From NCBI RefSeq assembly GCF_000247565.1, contig NC_016893.1:330001-362000 (forward strand): a stretch of 32,000 nt of DNA. Reading direction: 5' to 3'. Under the pieces are notes generated by a model. It was not told where the DNA came from. It saw only the letters and a program-made list of their open reading frames with translations, and did no database searches. The position numbers and the translations under genes were made by a program. Below, in pieces: positions 31,734 to 32,000 of this stretch (positions within the stretch are counted from its first letter, which is position 1; the number at the start of each line of letters is the position of its first letter). The DNA is from Wigglesworthia glossinidia endosymbiont of Glossina morsitans morsitans (Yale colony). Lineage in GTDB: Bacteria; Pseudomonadota; Gammaproteobacteria; Enterobacterales; Enterobacteriaceae.

Positions 31734-32000
31734 ATGAATAAATTGTTATTAATATTTTATAGTATTTTTTTTTGTAATTCTATATTATATGCAAATATTC
31801 ATATCGATATTAATCGAGGCATAGATGTATCAACGCCAATTGGAATTTCTTCTTTCAGATGGATAGATAATCGCTCAAATAATGAATTAGAAAATATCGC
31901 AAAAGTTATTGCATGTGATCTTCAAAATAGCGGAAAATTTTCATCAATAATAATACCGGAAAAAAATAAAGAATATTCCAAGTTATTTACTCAAAAAAAT
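31734..32000 (+). CDS. tolB: Tol-Pal system periplasmic protein TolB, 3' end outside window
   Basis: Not in the ORF track. Manual translation from ATG 31734 gives MNKLLLIFYSIFFCNSILYANIHIDINRGIDVSTPIGISSFRWIDNRSNNELENIAKVIACDLQNSGKFS..., a signal peptide plus TolB N-terminal domain. Frame open to the window end. Confidence 0.9.
   Translation, partial: MNKLLLIFYSIFFCNSILYANIHIDINRGIDVSTPIGISSFRWIDNRSNNELENIAKVIACDLQNSGKFSSIIIPEKNKEYSKLFTQKN

Noticed and set aside
1-32000. tRNA genes, CRISPR arrays, transposons, phage, toxin-antitoxin or defence systems
   Set aside because: No clover-leaf sequences, regular repeats, terminal inverted repeats or accessory-type proteins were seen. All sizeable ORFs are conserved housekeeping genes or shadows. 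A tRNAscan/Infernal run would be needed to be certain about small RNAs.

Overview
This is a very AT-rich, gene-dense window. Gene content and order look like a reduced genome of a gammaproteobacterial insect endosymbiont, most likely Blochmannia-like (inference). It carries only housekeeping genes: ligA (5' end cut by the window), putA, zapA, pepP, ubiH, a DedA-family gene (yqjA/yghB type), orn, psd, mscM, epmA (frameshifted), fldA, pgm, the Nif3-like gene ybgI, sdhCDAB, sucABCD, tolQRA and the 5' part of tolB. I found no mobile elements, CRISPR arrays, defence systems, rRNA or convincing tRNAs, and no obviously new multi-gene system. The main observations are: (1) epmA is split by a single-base frameshift at a T9/A8 homopolymer junction, with the missing N-terminus intact in the next frame; (2) LigA lacks its C-terminal BRCT domain; (3) TolA has a strongly shortened, non-Ala-rich stalk; (4) PutA is full length and keeps its ribbon-helix-helix DNA-binding domain; (5) synteny blocks are collapsed, with precise losses of rsgA, seqA, gltA, ubiI and ygfB; (6) sucC overlaps sucD by 20 nt.
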